From NCBI GenBank assembly GCA_013138965.1, contig WTBT01000012.1, positions 3,497-67,496 of the forward strand: a stretch of DNA of 64,000 nucleotides. The letters run 5' to 3'. Source of the DNA: Candidatus Aegiribacteria sp. GTDB taxonomy: Bacteria; Fermentibacterota; Fermentibacteria; Fermentibacterales; JCC-6. The notes under the pieces are model-generated. The model worked only from the letters and a program-made list of their open reading frames with translations, was not told the origin of the DNA and ran no database searches. How positions within the stretch are numbered: the stretch's first letter is position 1; every line of letters begins with the position of its first letter. The translations under genes were made by a program, and so were the position numbers. Shown here piece by piece: positions 38,309 to 48,059 of this stretch.

Positions 38309-39727
38309 CTACCAGGACCAGATTACTTCAAGGAATGATGAGAATTCCGAGGAAGATTCACCCGAAACATGCTTTCGGTTCCTTATCCATTTATTTCCGA
38401 CTTCTCCGTGAATTTCAAGAAAATCAAGAGGATACCATCCGAGGTGCAGTTCCGCGCCGGTAATGTACTCAATGGTTCCTGAAGGGAAAGTGCCGCTGGT
38501 AGAGGCCGAGTCAGGCCAGCCCTCCTGAACGGTTCCCTCTCCATGTCTTGTGTGATCCAGGGTGATCTCGCCCAGAACTGGCCAGGCGGCTGACGTTCCA
38601 AAGGACAGTGTTACCCTGTCGGCGTCAGGCCCCAGACCCGAGCCGATTATATCTCCATGATGCAGGTAGTAATTACATGGTCTTCGCTGGCCGTAAACGT
38701 ACCTGTCAATTCTGGTGTATTCGATCACTGTTCCCAGATCAAGCGAGTTGATGTAAGCGGACAATCCTGCCGTCCAGCCGAGCTTGTTGGGCCTGTTGCC
38801 TGTATTCTCGTACTGTATATCATCGATAAGGAGTTCGCCGTAGGTTTCAATACCTTTGAAAGGTTTCCATGATACATCGAAGCTGAAAAACGCGTTGTCA
38901 TCCACCCGTTCGTTCCACTGCACGGGGTACCAGGGAATGACAGGGTTCATGTACGCGAAATCCAGCCCTTCCGATTTGAAGAGAATGGATTCACAGAGGC
39001 CTATTCGAAGGTTTTCCCGCGGAGAAATATCCAGCCTGTGAGCTGTAAGGTACGTTCCTGAATCGCTGTCGACCGTGGATGTGAATCCTGTGAAAGTAAG
39101 CATGTTCCACAGGTTGAACTGGACTTTCAGCATATCAAGAGGGGGACTGTTATCCGAGATCAGAAGCTGAGTAAACCTGCCTGGCCCCCATCTCTGGGGT
39201 ATTCTCCCGAAACTGAGCGAAAAGGTTTCGTTATTCCAGCGGAGATAGCCCCAATCCACGTAGAGGTGCCTTCCTCTTTCCAGACCCTCGTGGTAGGGAG
39301 AGAAATAGTCGGGTGGATTCTCGTCGGAACCTGTCCAGATCGAGAGCCTTTCGTCGAGACACAGCCCGGGAAGAATATCGACAAAAAGCCTGGCTGTGGC
39401 TCCGATTCTGGTCTCGAAACTGTTGGAGTAATTGAGCGCCTCCCCGGCAATCGTTCCTGTCAGTAAGAATGCAGGGCTTTCCTGCCAGGATCCAATTGGG
39501 GATGAGCTTCTGCTGAAAAGGAATTTCTCGATACTTCCCAGGGAACCTGTCGATGAATTCTCGTCATTAAGAAAGTGGGAATCCACAAGTGGAAACGTTC
39601 CGGGAAGCATGGCTTCCGATTCAGTCTCCAGCATGTAAAGCCACCAGTTGAGAGGATCCTGAAGGGGCAGTCCAGCCTGCTGACCTGCTCCTATCAATAG
39701 TCCCGCCGCCAGTACAGCTACCGTCAT
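38309..39727 (-). CDS. Hypothetical secreted/outer-membrane beta-rich protein
   Basis: 472 aa. Signal peptide (MTVAVLAAGLLIGAG), a high content of aromatics and Gly, and a C-terminal ...VIWSW typical of an OM beta-barrel. Confidence 0.4.
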   Translation of the reverse strand: MTVAVLAAGLLIGAGQQAGLPLQDPLNWWLYMLETESEAMLPGTFPLVDSHFLNDENSSTGSLGSIEKFLFSRSSSPIGSWQESPAFLLTGTIAGEALNYSNSFETRIGATARLFVDILPGLCLDERLSIWTGSDENPPDYFSPYHEGLERGRHLYVDWGYLRWNNETFSLSFGRIPQRWGPGRFTQLLISDNSPPLDMLKVQFNLWNMLTFTGFTSTVDSDSGTYLTAHRLDISPRENLRIGLCESILFKSEGLDFAYMNPVIPWYPVQWNERVDDNAFFSFDVSWKPFKGIETYGELLIDDIQYENTGNRPNKLGWTAGLSAYINSLDLGTVIEYTRIDRYVYGQRRPCNYYLHHGDIIGSGLGPDADRVTLSFGTSAAWPVLGEITLDHTRHGEGTVQEGWPDSASTSGTFPSGTIEYITGAELHLGWYPLDFLEIHGEVGNKWIRNRKHVSGESSSEFSSFLEVIWSW

Positions 39728-40968
39728 CTATCTTCCTTTCTCCTCAACTCTGCCACTGTCTCCACATGATCCGTCTGTGGAAACATATCAAGAGGCTGTA
39801 TTCCTGCAACAGCCCATCCGCCTTCACATATTACTTTCAGATCCCTTGCCAGCGAGAAGGGGTTGCAGCTTACATAGACAATCCTCTCCGAGACGACTCT
39901 TCGCAGAAGGCGTGAGACGCTGATCCCCAGCCCACTGCGCGGAGGATCGACAATAACGGTGTCCCATATCTGTTTAGCCCTTATCGTATCCAGCAGGAAA
40001 TGCCTTGTTCTGCCGGTCAGAAAGTCAATTCCCTTAATTCCGGAGAGTTCGGCAGCCTCTTTTCCGGATGTGGATGAATCAGGATTCAGCTCGACAGAGG
40101 TTACTTTCGCCCCCTCCGACGCCAGGGGCAGACTAAAAGTTCCGCAGCCTCCGTAAAGGTCCAGGATTTTCCTGTCCCCTCCGCATAAGCCAGTTACAAT
40201 GGAGATGATAATGTCAGCGCACCCGGTATTCACCTGGAAGAACGTACCCGGTCTCACAGGATAGGTAAAACCGCTGGAGATCTCATGGAGTGCTGATCCG
40301 GGCGGGTCAACCTTCCAGCCATCCCTTTCTTTCCATGCGATAATATCCGAATCACTGCTGCCGGTAATTCCGTGAGCCGGGGGCCCTGAAAACTCGAACA
40401 TGGTTTCGGAGGTTCTCTCAGATGCTCTTACCGACACTCTCCTGTTACCATTCAGCTGTTTCTCAAGAAGCCTTCCGAATGCCCTCTGTCCTCTTCCGTT
40501 GAGCAGCGGACAGCCATCAACATTCATGGTGTCTCCCCTGAAGCGGTGCAGTCCCGGTTTCCCGTTCACAATATCAAAGGAAACACGATTCCTGTATCCC
40601 TCTGTGTCTGGAGACGGAACAACATCTTTCATGAATTCATCATGGTACTCGATATTGGCTCTCGCAAGCGCCTTTTCTACCCAGTTCCGCTTCCAGAAAA
40701 GTTGCCTTGAATAGATCAGGTTCTGGAGGGAGCAACCTCCACATTCACCGAAACAGCTGCAGAAAGGTTCGGTTCGAAAGGGTGATATCTCAAGGATATC
40801 CACCAGCTCCGCCTCGATAACGTTCTTTCCTACCTTTGTCGTTCTGCATCTGACTGTTTCTCCGGGGAGGGCTCCCCGGATGAACACGGTTTTTCTGCTC
40901 GGGCCGGAGGAGATTCCTCCCACTCTGTTGCCCAGGGCGGTTATCTCAACTGTAATTTCATCATTCAT
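39724..40968 (-). CDS. rlmD: 23S rRNA (uracil-C5)-methyltransferase RlmD/RumA family
   Basis: TRAM N-terminus, a 4Fe-4S Cys cluster (CSCFGECGGCSLQ), SAM-binding LDLYGGCGTFSLPLA, and the catalytic C-terminal region (SCNP). Confidence 0.8.
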   Translation of the reverse strand: MNDEITVEITALGNRVGGISSGPSRKTVFIRGALPGETVRCRTTKVGKNVIEAELVDILEISPFRTEPFCSCFGECGGCSLQNLIYSRQLFWKRNWVEKALARANIEYHDEFMKDVVPSPDTEGYRNRVSFDIVNGKPGLHRFRGDTMNVDGCPLLNGRGQRAFGRLLEKQLNGNRRVSVRASERTSETMFEFSGPPAHGITGSSDSDIIAWKERDGWKVDPPGSALHEISSGFTYPVRPGTFFQVNTGCADIIISIVTGLCGGDRKILDLYGGCGTFSLPLASEGAKVTSVELNPDSSTSGKEAAELSGIKGIDFLTGRTRHFLLDTIRAKQIWDTVIVDPPRSGLGISVSRLLRRVVSERIVYVSCNPFSLARDLKVICEGGWAVAGIQPLDMFPQTDHVETVAELRRKEDR

Positions 40969-42116
40969 CAGAAAGTTCCCGGATCAAAACTCCGTCGTCT
41001 CCTGTGCCATTCCCTTCTCCATGTGGTATAACGGCGTTCTTCAACAGCCATCCTTATCTTACCCATGAGCACGGAGAAATAGTGGAGATTGTGAAGTGTC
41101 GCGAGAATGGGCGCAAGCCACTCTTTCGCTGTGAAAAGGTGGCGGATGTAGGATCTGGAATAGGTGCTGCAGGTGTAGCATCGGCATCCCTGCTGAACCG
41201 GAGCGGTATCATTTCGGAAACGGGTATTTCGTATATTGATGTGCCCCCCCGGGACGAAGAACGCTCCACCCCTGGCATTCCTCGTGGGGACAACGCAGTC
41301 GAACATATCCACTCCGAGAGCTACAAAATCGACGAGATCCGCCGGTTTTCCCACTCCCATCAAGTATCTTGGCCTGTTCTCAGGAAGATAGCCTATACAG
41401 GATCTGACCGCTTTCATCATCAGACTTCTGGGTTCGCCCACTGATACTCCTCCTATTGCGTACCCGTCGAATTCCATTCCGGCAAGAATCTCTGCGGACT
41501 TCCTCCTTAGATCCGGAAATGCTCCGCCCTGCACGATACCGAATAGCGCCTGTCTGTCTCCGGTGTGCATTCTCCTGGCCCGTTCAGCCCACCTGAGGGT
41601 AAGCCCCAGGGATTCCTCAGTCCGATTCCGGTCGCTGGGTTGTTCAAGGCACTCGTCAAGGACCATCATGATATCGCTTCCGAATATTTTCTGGGCTTCC
41701 ATGACATTTTCCGGTGTAAGAAGGTGGCTGGAGCCATCGATATGTGACTGGAAATGGTATCCCTCCTCGGAACGTTTTCTCAGTTTTGAAAGGCTGAACA
41801 GTTGAAATCCGCCGCTGTCGGTAAGGATATTCTTCTCCCATGACATGAACTTGTGGAGGCCACCGGCATCGGCAATAATCGCAGTGCCTGGCCTGAGGTA
41901 CAGATGGTACGTATTGCCGAGAATTATCTGCCAGTTATCCTTGAGAAGATCGGAATTCCTGACGGTCTTTACGCTTGCCTGGGTGCCCACAGGCATGAAT
42001 ACAGGGGTTTCGACCTTTCCATGGGCAAGGCTTAGCAGGCCTCTTCGGGCTTTTCCCGACTTTCCAAGGAGATTGAACGAAGGGATGTGTTCCAGATTAA
42101 GTTCCTTCAGGTTCAT
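40968..42116 (-). CDS. tgt: Queuine tRNA-ribosyltransferase
   Basis: ARRGLLSLAHGKVETPVFMPVGTQASVK, zinc site CxCxxC...H (CRCYTCSTYSRSYIRH). I chose the internal ATG (MNLKELN); the longest ORF extends to 42164. Confidence 0.85.
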   Translation of the reverse strand: MNLKELNLEHIPSFNLLGKSGKARRGLLSLAHGKVETPVFMPVGTQASVKTVRNSDLLKDNWQIILGNTYHLYLRPGTAIIADAGGLHKFMSWEKNILTDSGGFQLFSLSKLRKRSEEGYHFQSHIDGSSHLLTPENVMEAQKIFGSDIMMVLDECLEQPSDRNRTEESLGLTLRWAERARRMHTGDRQALFGIVQGGAFPDLRRKSAEILAGMEFDGYAIGGVSVGEPRSLMMKAVRSCIGYLPENRPRYLMGVGKPADLVDFVALGVDMFDCVVPTRNARGGAFFVPGGHINIRNTRFRNDTAPVQQGCRCYTCSTYSRSYIRHLFTAKEWLAPILATLHNLHYFSVLMGKIRMAVEERRYTTWRREWHRRRRSFDPGTF

Positions 42117-43542
42117 ATTGTTGATCAGGGGATGGGGTTTCTTCAGCTGTCCCGGAAGGTTCACTGCTTTCTATATCTCCGGAAGATTCGGTGCTGTCCA
42201 CATTTACAACGGCGGTGGTATCTTCGGTAACACTGGTTCCGGGCGGGTTTTCCGGGACGGCTTCAATGCCTCCGGAAGATTCGGTGCTGTCCACATTTAC
42301 AACGGCGGTGGTGTCCTCGGTAACGCTGGTTCCGGGCGGATTTCCCGGAACAGCTTCAATGCCTCCGGAAGATTCGGTGCTGTCCATATTTACAACGGCG
42401 GTGGTATCTTCGGTAACGCTGCTCACGGGGGGTTCCTGAACAGTTTCATCAGCGGGGGGAGGTGCCGTTTCCGGCAGACTCTCCTCTGGTGTCGGCAGGA
42501 TCAGCGAATCCACTTCAATAAAGTCATCTATCCCCATCGAATCGGCTGTTGAAAGCGAATCCACCGGCGCGGTGATCGAATCGGAGACTACGATACTCAG
42601 GTCTGGTGATACCGAATCCGGCAGAAGAACAACTGAATCCTGCGCTACGGTATCCTCATCAGCAGGTATTGTCTCTTCTGTAATTGTGACCGGTATAGAA
42701 TCAGCGAAAGTGGAATCCTGCTCAACCATTAGATCCTCCATTGTGACCGAAAGGTCTTCCTCAAGTATCAGAATGGAATGATCCGGATCAAGTCTTCTTA
42801 TTTGTTCCAGCTCGAGGAGCAGGTCCTCTTCCATTTCGTTTCTGTAGTAAAGGCTTGCCAGCCTTACATGGTATTCAAGACTGTTCGGATACATCGCCTT
42901 CATTTCCAGATACGAGGCAAGAAGCTCTCTTTCTTTTTCAGGCAGGCTGTGAACTGAAGAGATCCTTCCCCCTGATCTGACCACTGAGAGTTTTGATGGA
43001 ACAAGGATAATTACAGCTGTAACCATCAGGGAAACCATGGTGTACGAGATCACTTTCATCAGAGCTTTTCTCCTGCTCCGGAATATCTCCTCATCAGGCC
43101 TGGGGTCCATATCGGCATCCAGGGGTACTATCCTTGTGCCTGAGATCATCTGCAGAATTGTCTTCCCTGTTCGAGGTACCGGAACCAGTCCGGCACACAG
43201 AAGGAGCATAAGGGGAGGAGTCATCAGAAGTCTTCTCAGAGTCTGCCACTCTGAAGGTCTGAAGCCGTTCAGACTGATTTCGGCAAGGCCGAATGCCTCA
43301 AGGGGACACTGTCCCCTGCTTCCTGTCCGAGAGCGTTCCAGCCATGCCAGCATGGTTACGGCAAGAAAGTAACTGAGAGGCAGGAGGATAAACCAGTTCC
43401 CTGAAATAAAGTTGAAAACAGTATCCAGAAGGAGTGTCCAGGAAAGAATTACTGCGAGTTCGAGAAGATAGAATCCGGCCAGATGCCTTACCTTGGGTGA
43501 TATTCTGTTAAGAAAAGCATGTTTTCTGGCGGTGACAGTCAT
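42097..43542 (-). CDS. Hypothetical membrane protein (RDD-like N-terminal TM region) with C-terminal Thr/Ser/Glu-rich tandem 31-aa repeats
   Basis: 481 aa. N-terminal TM helices. The C-terminus carries about 2.8 copies of a 31-aa repeat (TEDTTAVVNVDSTESSGGIEAVPENPPGTSV) encoded by 93-nt DNA repeats. Confidence 0.45.
   Translation of the reverse strand: MTVTARKHAFLNRISPKVRHLAGFYLLELAVILSWTLLLDTVFNFISGNWFILLPLSYFLAVTMLAWLERSRTGSRGQCPLEAFGLAEISLNGFRPSEWQTLRRLLMTPPLMLLLCAGLVPVPRTGKTILQMISGTRIVPLDADMDPRPDEEIFRSRRKALMKVISYTMVSLMVTAVIILVPSKLSVVRSGGRISSVHSLPEKERELLASYLEMKAMYPNSLEYHVRLASLYYRNEMEEDLLLELEQIRRLDPDHSILILEEDLSVTMEDLMVEQDSTFADSIPVTITEETIPADEDTVAQDSVVLLPDSVSPDLSIVVSDSITAPVDSLSTADSMGIDDFIEVDSLILPTPEESLPETAPPPADETVQEPPVSSVTEDTTAVVNMDSTESSGGIEAVPGNPPGTSVTEDTTAVVNVDSTESSGGIEAVPENPPGTSVTEDTTAVVNVDSTESSGDIESSEPSGTAEETPSPDQQYEPEGT
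42178..42456 (-). repeat. 93-nt tandem repeat, about 3 units, in frame within the preceding CDS
   Basis: Units start at about 42178, 42271 and 42364 on the + strand (TCCGGAAGATTCGGTGCTGTCCACATTTACAACGGCGGTGGT...) and are over 90% identical. Confidence 0.8.
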
Positions 43543-44561
43543 TTTCCGGACTCCTGTTCAATCAACATGGCATCCCCGTAACTGTAGAAGCGGTAGGATT
43601 CATCAATAGCATGCTGATAGGCCTTCATCATGAATTCATATCCCATGAACGCTGCTACAAGACATAAAAGAGAGCTTCCTGGAAGATGGAAATTCGTTAT
43701 CAGAGCATCCACGTTCCTGAATCTGTATGGAGGGAATATAAAGATTTCAGTCTCACCCGATAAAGACTCTCCTGATTCTATATCGATGGACTCGAGAACT
43801 CTGGTTGTAGTTGTTCCCACCGCCACTATCCTTCCCCCGGCACGTTGCGTCTTTCTTATTGCAGACAGGCTCTCCGCGGAAATATGGTATTCCTCCGGAT
43901 CAAGGCTGTTTTCTTCCAGGATCTCCATGCGGAGCGGCTGGAAGGTGCCGGGCCCCACGTGCAGAGTTACATGGGCATTGTCTATGCCGGCATTCTGAAG
44001 GTCGGTAAGAAGATCCGGCGTGAAATGGAGCCCCGCAGTGGGTGCCGCTACCGCTCCTGTTTCAGATGCGTAGACGGTTTGATATCTTGTATCATCCAGT
44101 TCCTCCGGGTCCCGTTTAATGTATGGAGGCAGGGGGACCTGCGCTGTTTCTCGGAGCCTCTGCTCTGCATTCTTCCCGGGGTTGAACCTGATAACTGCCC
44201 TGCCATGCTTTAAGCGCTTTTCCACAGTACAGTATAGGCCATTCATGAACTCCAGCCGCATTCCCGGTTTTGCCGCCCTGCCGGGACGGACAAGTGCTTT
44301 CCATCTGTTTTCCTCAAGTTTCTTCAGCAGGAAAATTTCCGCTTTGCCGCCTGTATCAGCCTTTCTGCCTTTCAGCCTGGCTTTGAAAACTCTTGTATTG
44401 TTTAAAACCAGAAGGTCACCAGGAACAAGGAAATCGGGGAGCCTGCTGAAAACAGTGTCTCCGATGCTGCCCTTGCTGATATCAGCCGTTAGAAGCCTGC
44501 TCCCCGCCCTGTCATTCAGAGGTATCTGAGCGATCAACTCTGGAGGCAGGCTGTATTGCAT
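43539..44561 (-). CDS. queA: S-adenosylmethionine:tRNA ribosyltransferase-isomerase
   Basis: MQYSLPPELIAQIPLNDRAGSRLL is the QueA N-terminal signature. I chose the ATG at 44561 rather than the ORF's extended start at 44621. Confidence 0.85.
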   Translation of the reverse strand: MQYSLPPELIAQIPLNDRAGSRLLTADISKGSIGDTVFSRLPDFLVPGDLLVLNNTRVFKARLKGRKADTGGKAEIFLLKKLEENRWKALVRPGRAAKPGMRLEFMNGLYCTVEKRLKHGRAVIRFNPGKNAEQRLRETAQVPLPPYIKRDPEELDDTRYQTVYASETGAVAAPTAGLHFTPDLLTDLQNAGIDNAHVTLHVGPGTFQPLRMEILEENSLDPEEYHISAESLSAIRKTQRAGGRIVAVGTTTTRVLESIDIESGESLSGETEIFIFPPYRFRNVDALITNFHLPGSSLLCLVAAFMGYEFMMKAYQHAIDESYRFYSYGDAMLIEQESGK

Positions 44562-44590
44562 GCTGGTTCTGGAGAGTCTCATAGAGCTCA

Positions 44591-47152
44591 TCAGGATAAT
44601 GGAAGCCGGACTGTGAACCATGTGCCGAATCCCGACCTGCTTCGGACACTGACTGTGCCGCCCATCTGTCTGGCAAAACTCTTTACAATGGTCAGCCCTA
44701 TTCCAAGCCCTGCTGCGTGTCTGCCTGAGCTACTGCCCGTGAAGAACCTGTCAAAAACGTTTGGAAGATCCTCGGGAGCAATCCCTTCTCCCGTGTTGAA
44801 AACCTCAAGCATCCAGTGATTGCTGCCTTCCAGCCTTACCTCTATCCTGGCGGATCCTCCGGGTTTGTTATGCTGTATGGCATTATTTGCCAGATTGCCG
44901 ATTATCTGTTCAAGCCTGGATCTGTCAAAGAATGCAGTGAATGGCTCAGAAGGAAGTTCAGCATTCACGGTAACACCCTGGCTCCTGCCCTTCTCGCAAA
45001 GGACCGGAAGCAGCGAGAAAACTACGTCAGAAGGGCTGGCCCAGGATGTTTCAAGGCTTTCCTCGCTCAACTCGATCTTCATGAAATTAAGCATTCTCTC
45101 AGCATATTCAACCAGGTTTATCAGAGCGGTATTCATTGAGTCAAGTGATTCTCTCTGGGCTTCTGTAAGTTTACCGAGTTTTTCTGATACAAGAAGGTCC
45201 GTATGACCTCTGAGAGTAGTAATGGGAGCTCTCATGCGGTATGAAAGACTCATTAAGAGGTCTTCCAGTCCGGGGATGTTTTCATTGGCTTTATCCTTCC
45301 TCTGGATGCCTTCTTCATTGCTTACTCCTCTGCTGTCCCTGAACAGCCACAGCGAGAGAGTTGTGCCTATTGTCTGAAGAAATCTTCCAAGAGGGTATCC
45401 GAAGGCATCTCTTCTTGAGCAGCCTACAGTCAGTGTTCCCATGGTTTTACCGTTTGATATGAGAGGGATTGACAGCTCACTTCTTGAAGAGGGAAAAATG
45501 GGAGAGAATCTCTGGTCAACTGCTGTATCCGGAATATAGCATATCTCCGTATGTGTATATGCCCATGATGTTATTGATGGGATCTCAATCCGGAGAATGC
45601 CGGGATCAGTCGAAGTGCCGAACGAAACCAGCTGTTTGAGAACAGGTTCCCTGGAACTGACCGTATGAACAACCAGGTAATCAGCGCCTATGATCGATCC
45701 GATTTCACCAAGCAGAGTCTGAACATTCCGCTCACGGCCCTGCAGGATGGTCATGAAGACCGAGATTGCGTTGAGAAGTTTGATCATACCCTGCAGGTAA
45801 TGGTTTGACTGAATGTATTCAGCCAGTACAGGCGAAAGGCTGAGTACAAGTCTTCCCAGTGAATCGGAAATTCGGGAAGATATGCCTGTAATCCTCACGT
45901 AAGCCTGATCATGCTTCTGCTTTACCGGGATCGTAACATTGTGGCCCAGCAGGTCCTCAGTCCAGAAGACAGTTTTCTTTGTCTTGAGCTGTTTTTCATG
46001 GGCAGGCAGAGCTACCTCGCCGACCGTAACCCTCATGGATTTTGAAGCATAGACAGCTCCCCTTGCACCTGTGCCGACTCTGAGAAATTCCAGAATGTCC
46101 CTTGCGGAACTCTTATCCTGATCCGGCTCATGAAGAATATCCATCAGTTCATTGATGGTCTGATTTATAAGAGGAGCTGTATCGGAACCCTCTATCTTGT
46201 CAACTGGTACGAGAAAGGCAAGTATAATCTCCCTTTCAGGCATTAGAAGGCTTGTTATTTCAAACTGCTGCGTAACATTCTCTGAAATGGATATACCCGA
46301 CCTGAACTGAAAGGGAGCAACCATAGAATCAATCCGTTTTTCAGTCAGTTTGGCTACTCTATCCCTGTCCTCCTCCGCAATCCAGTCAAGGAATTTTGTC
46401 TTAACGGGATCGTTGCCGCCAACTTTTGAAACTAAATGAACAGCATGACTGTTCATGGCTGTAATAGTACCTTCATCGTCAATTTTAATGGCAGGTATGG
46501 GCACTACTGAAAACATCGTGCGAGTGAACATTGAATCGTTCTGCTCGAATGTACTCATTGCCATTGACGGGGATGCAAATGACGCTACAAGCAGTTCGTT
46601 CAGAACTCCCGATTTTCTGAGGGATATTACCTGTGATTTTCTACTCTTCCGTCCTTTCTTTGTCAGAACGGAGAAATCCCTGGTCTGGTGTCCGGACAGG
46701 CATTTTGAACTGGCTGACAAAAAAGCTGTCATCGAAACCTGATCCAGGAAATCTTTCAGGGAGGATAAATCATATCCGGCAAAGAGGATATTTGCGGATT
46801 CGGTCATGGCGAAGATTCTTCCTGAGCCGTCGGTAAGAATGCTCGGCCTGCCACCCTGAATAACTTCCATCCATTCCTCCAGTTCTAATTTGGATGGATT
46901 TTTCAGTATTACAATTCTTTCAGTGCCTGCGCTTACCGATGAAGACAGCCAGATCTGATCACCCAGCAGGATAGGAAAACAGCCATCCTCCTGTGTGGAA
47001 AGTGCGTTTATCACTGCGTCCCGTTCCATCGGTATCCGATCCAGAAGATGCGCAAGAGACGGGGATATTCTGCTGACAGCATTGTTGTTAAGCAGCAGAG
47101 CGCTGGATTCGTCGGTAAGTGAAAAACAGAATGCTTTATTCTTACTTGACAA
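44591..47152 (-). CDS. Multi-domain sensor histidine kinase (several GAF/PAS-like domains + HisKA + HATPase_c)
   Basis: 853 aa. H-box (LSYRMRAPITTLRGHTDLL), N-box (IGNLANNAIQHN), G-boxes (DTGEGIA, GLGIGLTIVK). Confidence 0.8.
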   Translation of the reverse strand: MSSKNKAFCFSLTDESSALLLNNNAVSRISPSLAHLLDRIPMERDAVINALSTQEDGCFPILLGDQIWLSSSVSAGTERIVILKNPSKLELEEWMEVIQGGRPSILTDGSGRIFAMTESANILFAGYDLSSLKDFLDQVSMTAFLSASSKCLSGHQTRDFSVLTKKGRKSRKSQVISLRKSGVLNELLVASFASPSMAMSTFEQNDSMFTRTMFSVVPIPAIKIDDEGTITAMNSHAVHLVSKVGGNDPVKTKFLDWIAEEDRDRVAKLTEKRIDSMVAPFQFRSGISISENVTQQFEITSLLMPEREIILAFLVPVDKIEGSDTAPLINQTINELMDILHEPDQDKSSARDILEFLRVGTGARGAVYASKSMRVTVGEVALPAHEKQLKTKKTVFWTEDLLGHNVTIPVKQKHDQAYVRITGISSRISDSLGRLVLSLSPVLAEYIQSNHYLQGMIKLLNAISVFMTILQGRERNVQTLLGEIGSIIGADYLVVHTVSSREPVLKQLVSFGTSTDPGILRIEIPSITSWAYTHTEICYIPDTAVDQRFSPIFPSSRSELSIPLISNGKTMGTLTVGCSRRDAFGYPLGRFLQTIGTTLSLWLFRDSRGVSNEEGIQRKDKANENIPGLEDLLMSLSYRMRAPITTLRGHTDLLVSEKLGKLTEAQRESLDSMNTALINLVEYAERMLNFMKIELSEESLETSWASPSDVVFSLLPVLCEKGRSQGVTVNAELPSEPFTAFFDRSRLEQIIGNLANNAIQHNKPGGSARIEVRLEGSNHWMLEVFNTGEGIAPEDLPNVFDRFFTGSSSGRHAAGLGIGLTIVKSFARQMGGTVSVRSRSGFGTWFTVRLPLS

Positions 47153-47237
47153 TATTCACCTCGCATGTATTTATTACAGCACTTGCAGGACGATACACAA
47201 ATTCTATATTAAAGACCAAGTCAAAAGGGAGGTTTGT

Positions 47238-47684
47238 TTGGAAAGGCAGTGTCTATGCAAATGGGATATGTCTTCAAAGGACTGGAAAAGTGCTATTTCG
47301 GAACTGTTAAAAGAATTCTCCTTCAAAACAACAACTGAGAACCTGCTTCAGACCGCCCTGGAAACCAGGGAACTGGCCGAACCGACTGTTGTGCATGAAG
47401 ATATCGCAATTCCTCATTGCCGAAGCATACTGGTAGATGATTTCATGATTATCATCGGGAAATCCGAAGAAGGTATCCCATGGCCTGAGGAAAAAGTGAC
47501 CGTTATCATACTTTTCATTACTCCCGTTAAACCATCAGGACCAAGTGAACACATGGAGCTTATCAAACATATTGCGAAAACCCTCCGTTCGGGGGGCGCA
47601 GATAAAGTCCTGTCCGCCGTGTCTCCTTCTGAAGCAGCTTCAATACTGAAATTCAGTTATGAGGGAAACCCCGAAAATGATTAA
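47238..47684 (+). CDS. PTS EIIA type-2 domain protein (PtsN/EIIA-Ntr-like)
   Basis: EIIA-2 fold with the His region (HEDIAIPHCRS). TTG start at 47238 after an AAAGGGAGG RBS. The longer ORF from 46995 overlaps the kinase gene and is rejected. Confidence 0.55.
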   Translation: MERQCLCKWDMSSKDWKSAISELLKEFSFKTTTENLLQTALETRELAEPTVVHEDIAIPHCRSILVDDFMIIIGKSEEGIPWPEEKVTVIILFITPVKPSGPSEHMELIKHIAKTLRSGGADKVLSAVSPSEAASILKFSYEGNPEND

Positions 47685-48030
47685 GGAACTTGAGAAACTC
47701 ATAAGCCTTCACGATCTCGATGTCATGATATCCGATCTGGCAAACAAAGACATCAGTAAGCAGGAGAAAAAGCTCGGGTTATCACCAGACTCAGCCGCGG
47801 AACGACTTCAGAAGATGAGGAGTAAGCTGGCCTTAACTATCGATCGTAAGTACAGAGATCTGTATGATCAGCTTGCCAGTCATTACGGAAATGCTGTAGT
47901 ACCCGTTGTCAACCAGCTATGCAGCGGCTGTTTCACACAACTGCCGACCGCTTTTTGTGCGTCTCCGGAACGGAACGATCAAGTAGAAACGTGCCCTTCA
48001 TGCGGCAGGTTCATCTATTGGTGTAACTAA
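47659..48030 (+). CDS. Zinc-ribbon domain protein (coiled-coil + C-terminal CxxC...CxxC)
   Basis: 123 aa with CSGC...CPSCGRFIYWC. Confidence 0.45.
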   Translation: MRETPKMIKELEKLISLHDLDVMISDLANKDISKQEKKLGLSPDSAAERLQKMRSKLALTIDRKYRDLYDQLASHYGNAVVPVVNQLCSGCFTQLPTAFCASPERNDQVETCPSCGRFIYWCN

Positions 48031-48059
48031 AGTCGATAAATTCTGAGGGAGCTCTAAAT

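Noticed and set aside
42191-42439. 82-aa + strand ORF with internal repeats (…AVVSSVTLVPGGF…)
   Set aside because: It is the antisense reading of the 93-nt tandem repeats inside the minus-strand membrane-protein gene. The repeat periodicity keeps the frame open artificially.
46995-47237. Long N-terminal extension of the PtsN-like ORF (start at 46995)
   Set aside because: It overlaps the 5' end of the convergent/divergent histidine-kinase gene and encodes Arg/Ser-rich low-complexity sequence. The EIIA domain begins at an RBS-supported TTG at 47238.
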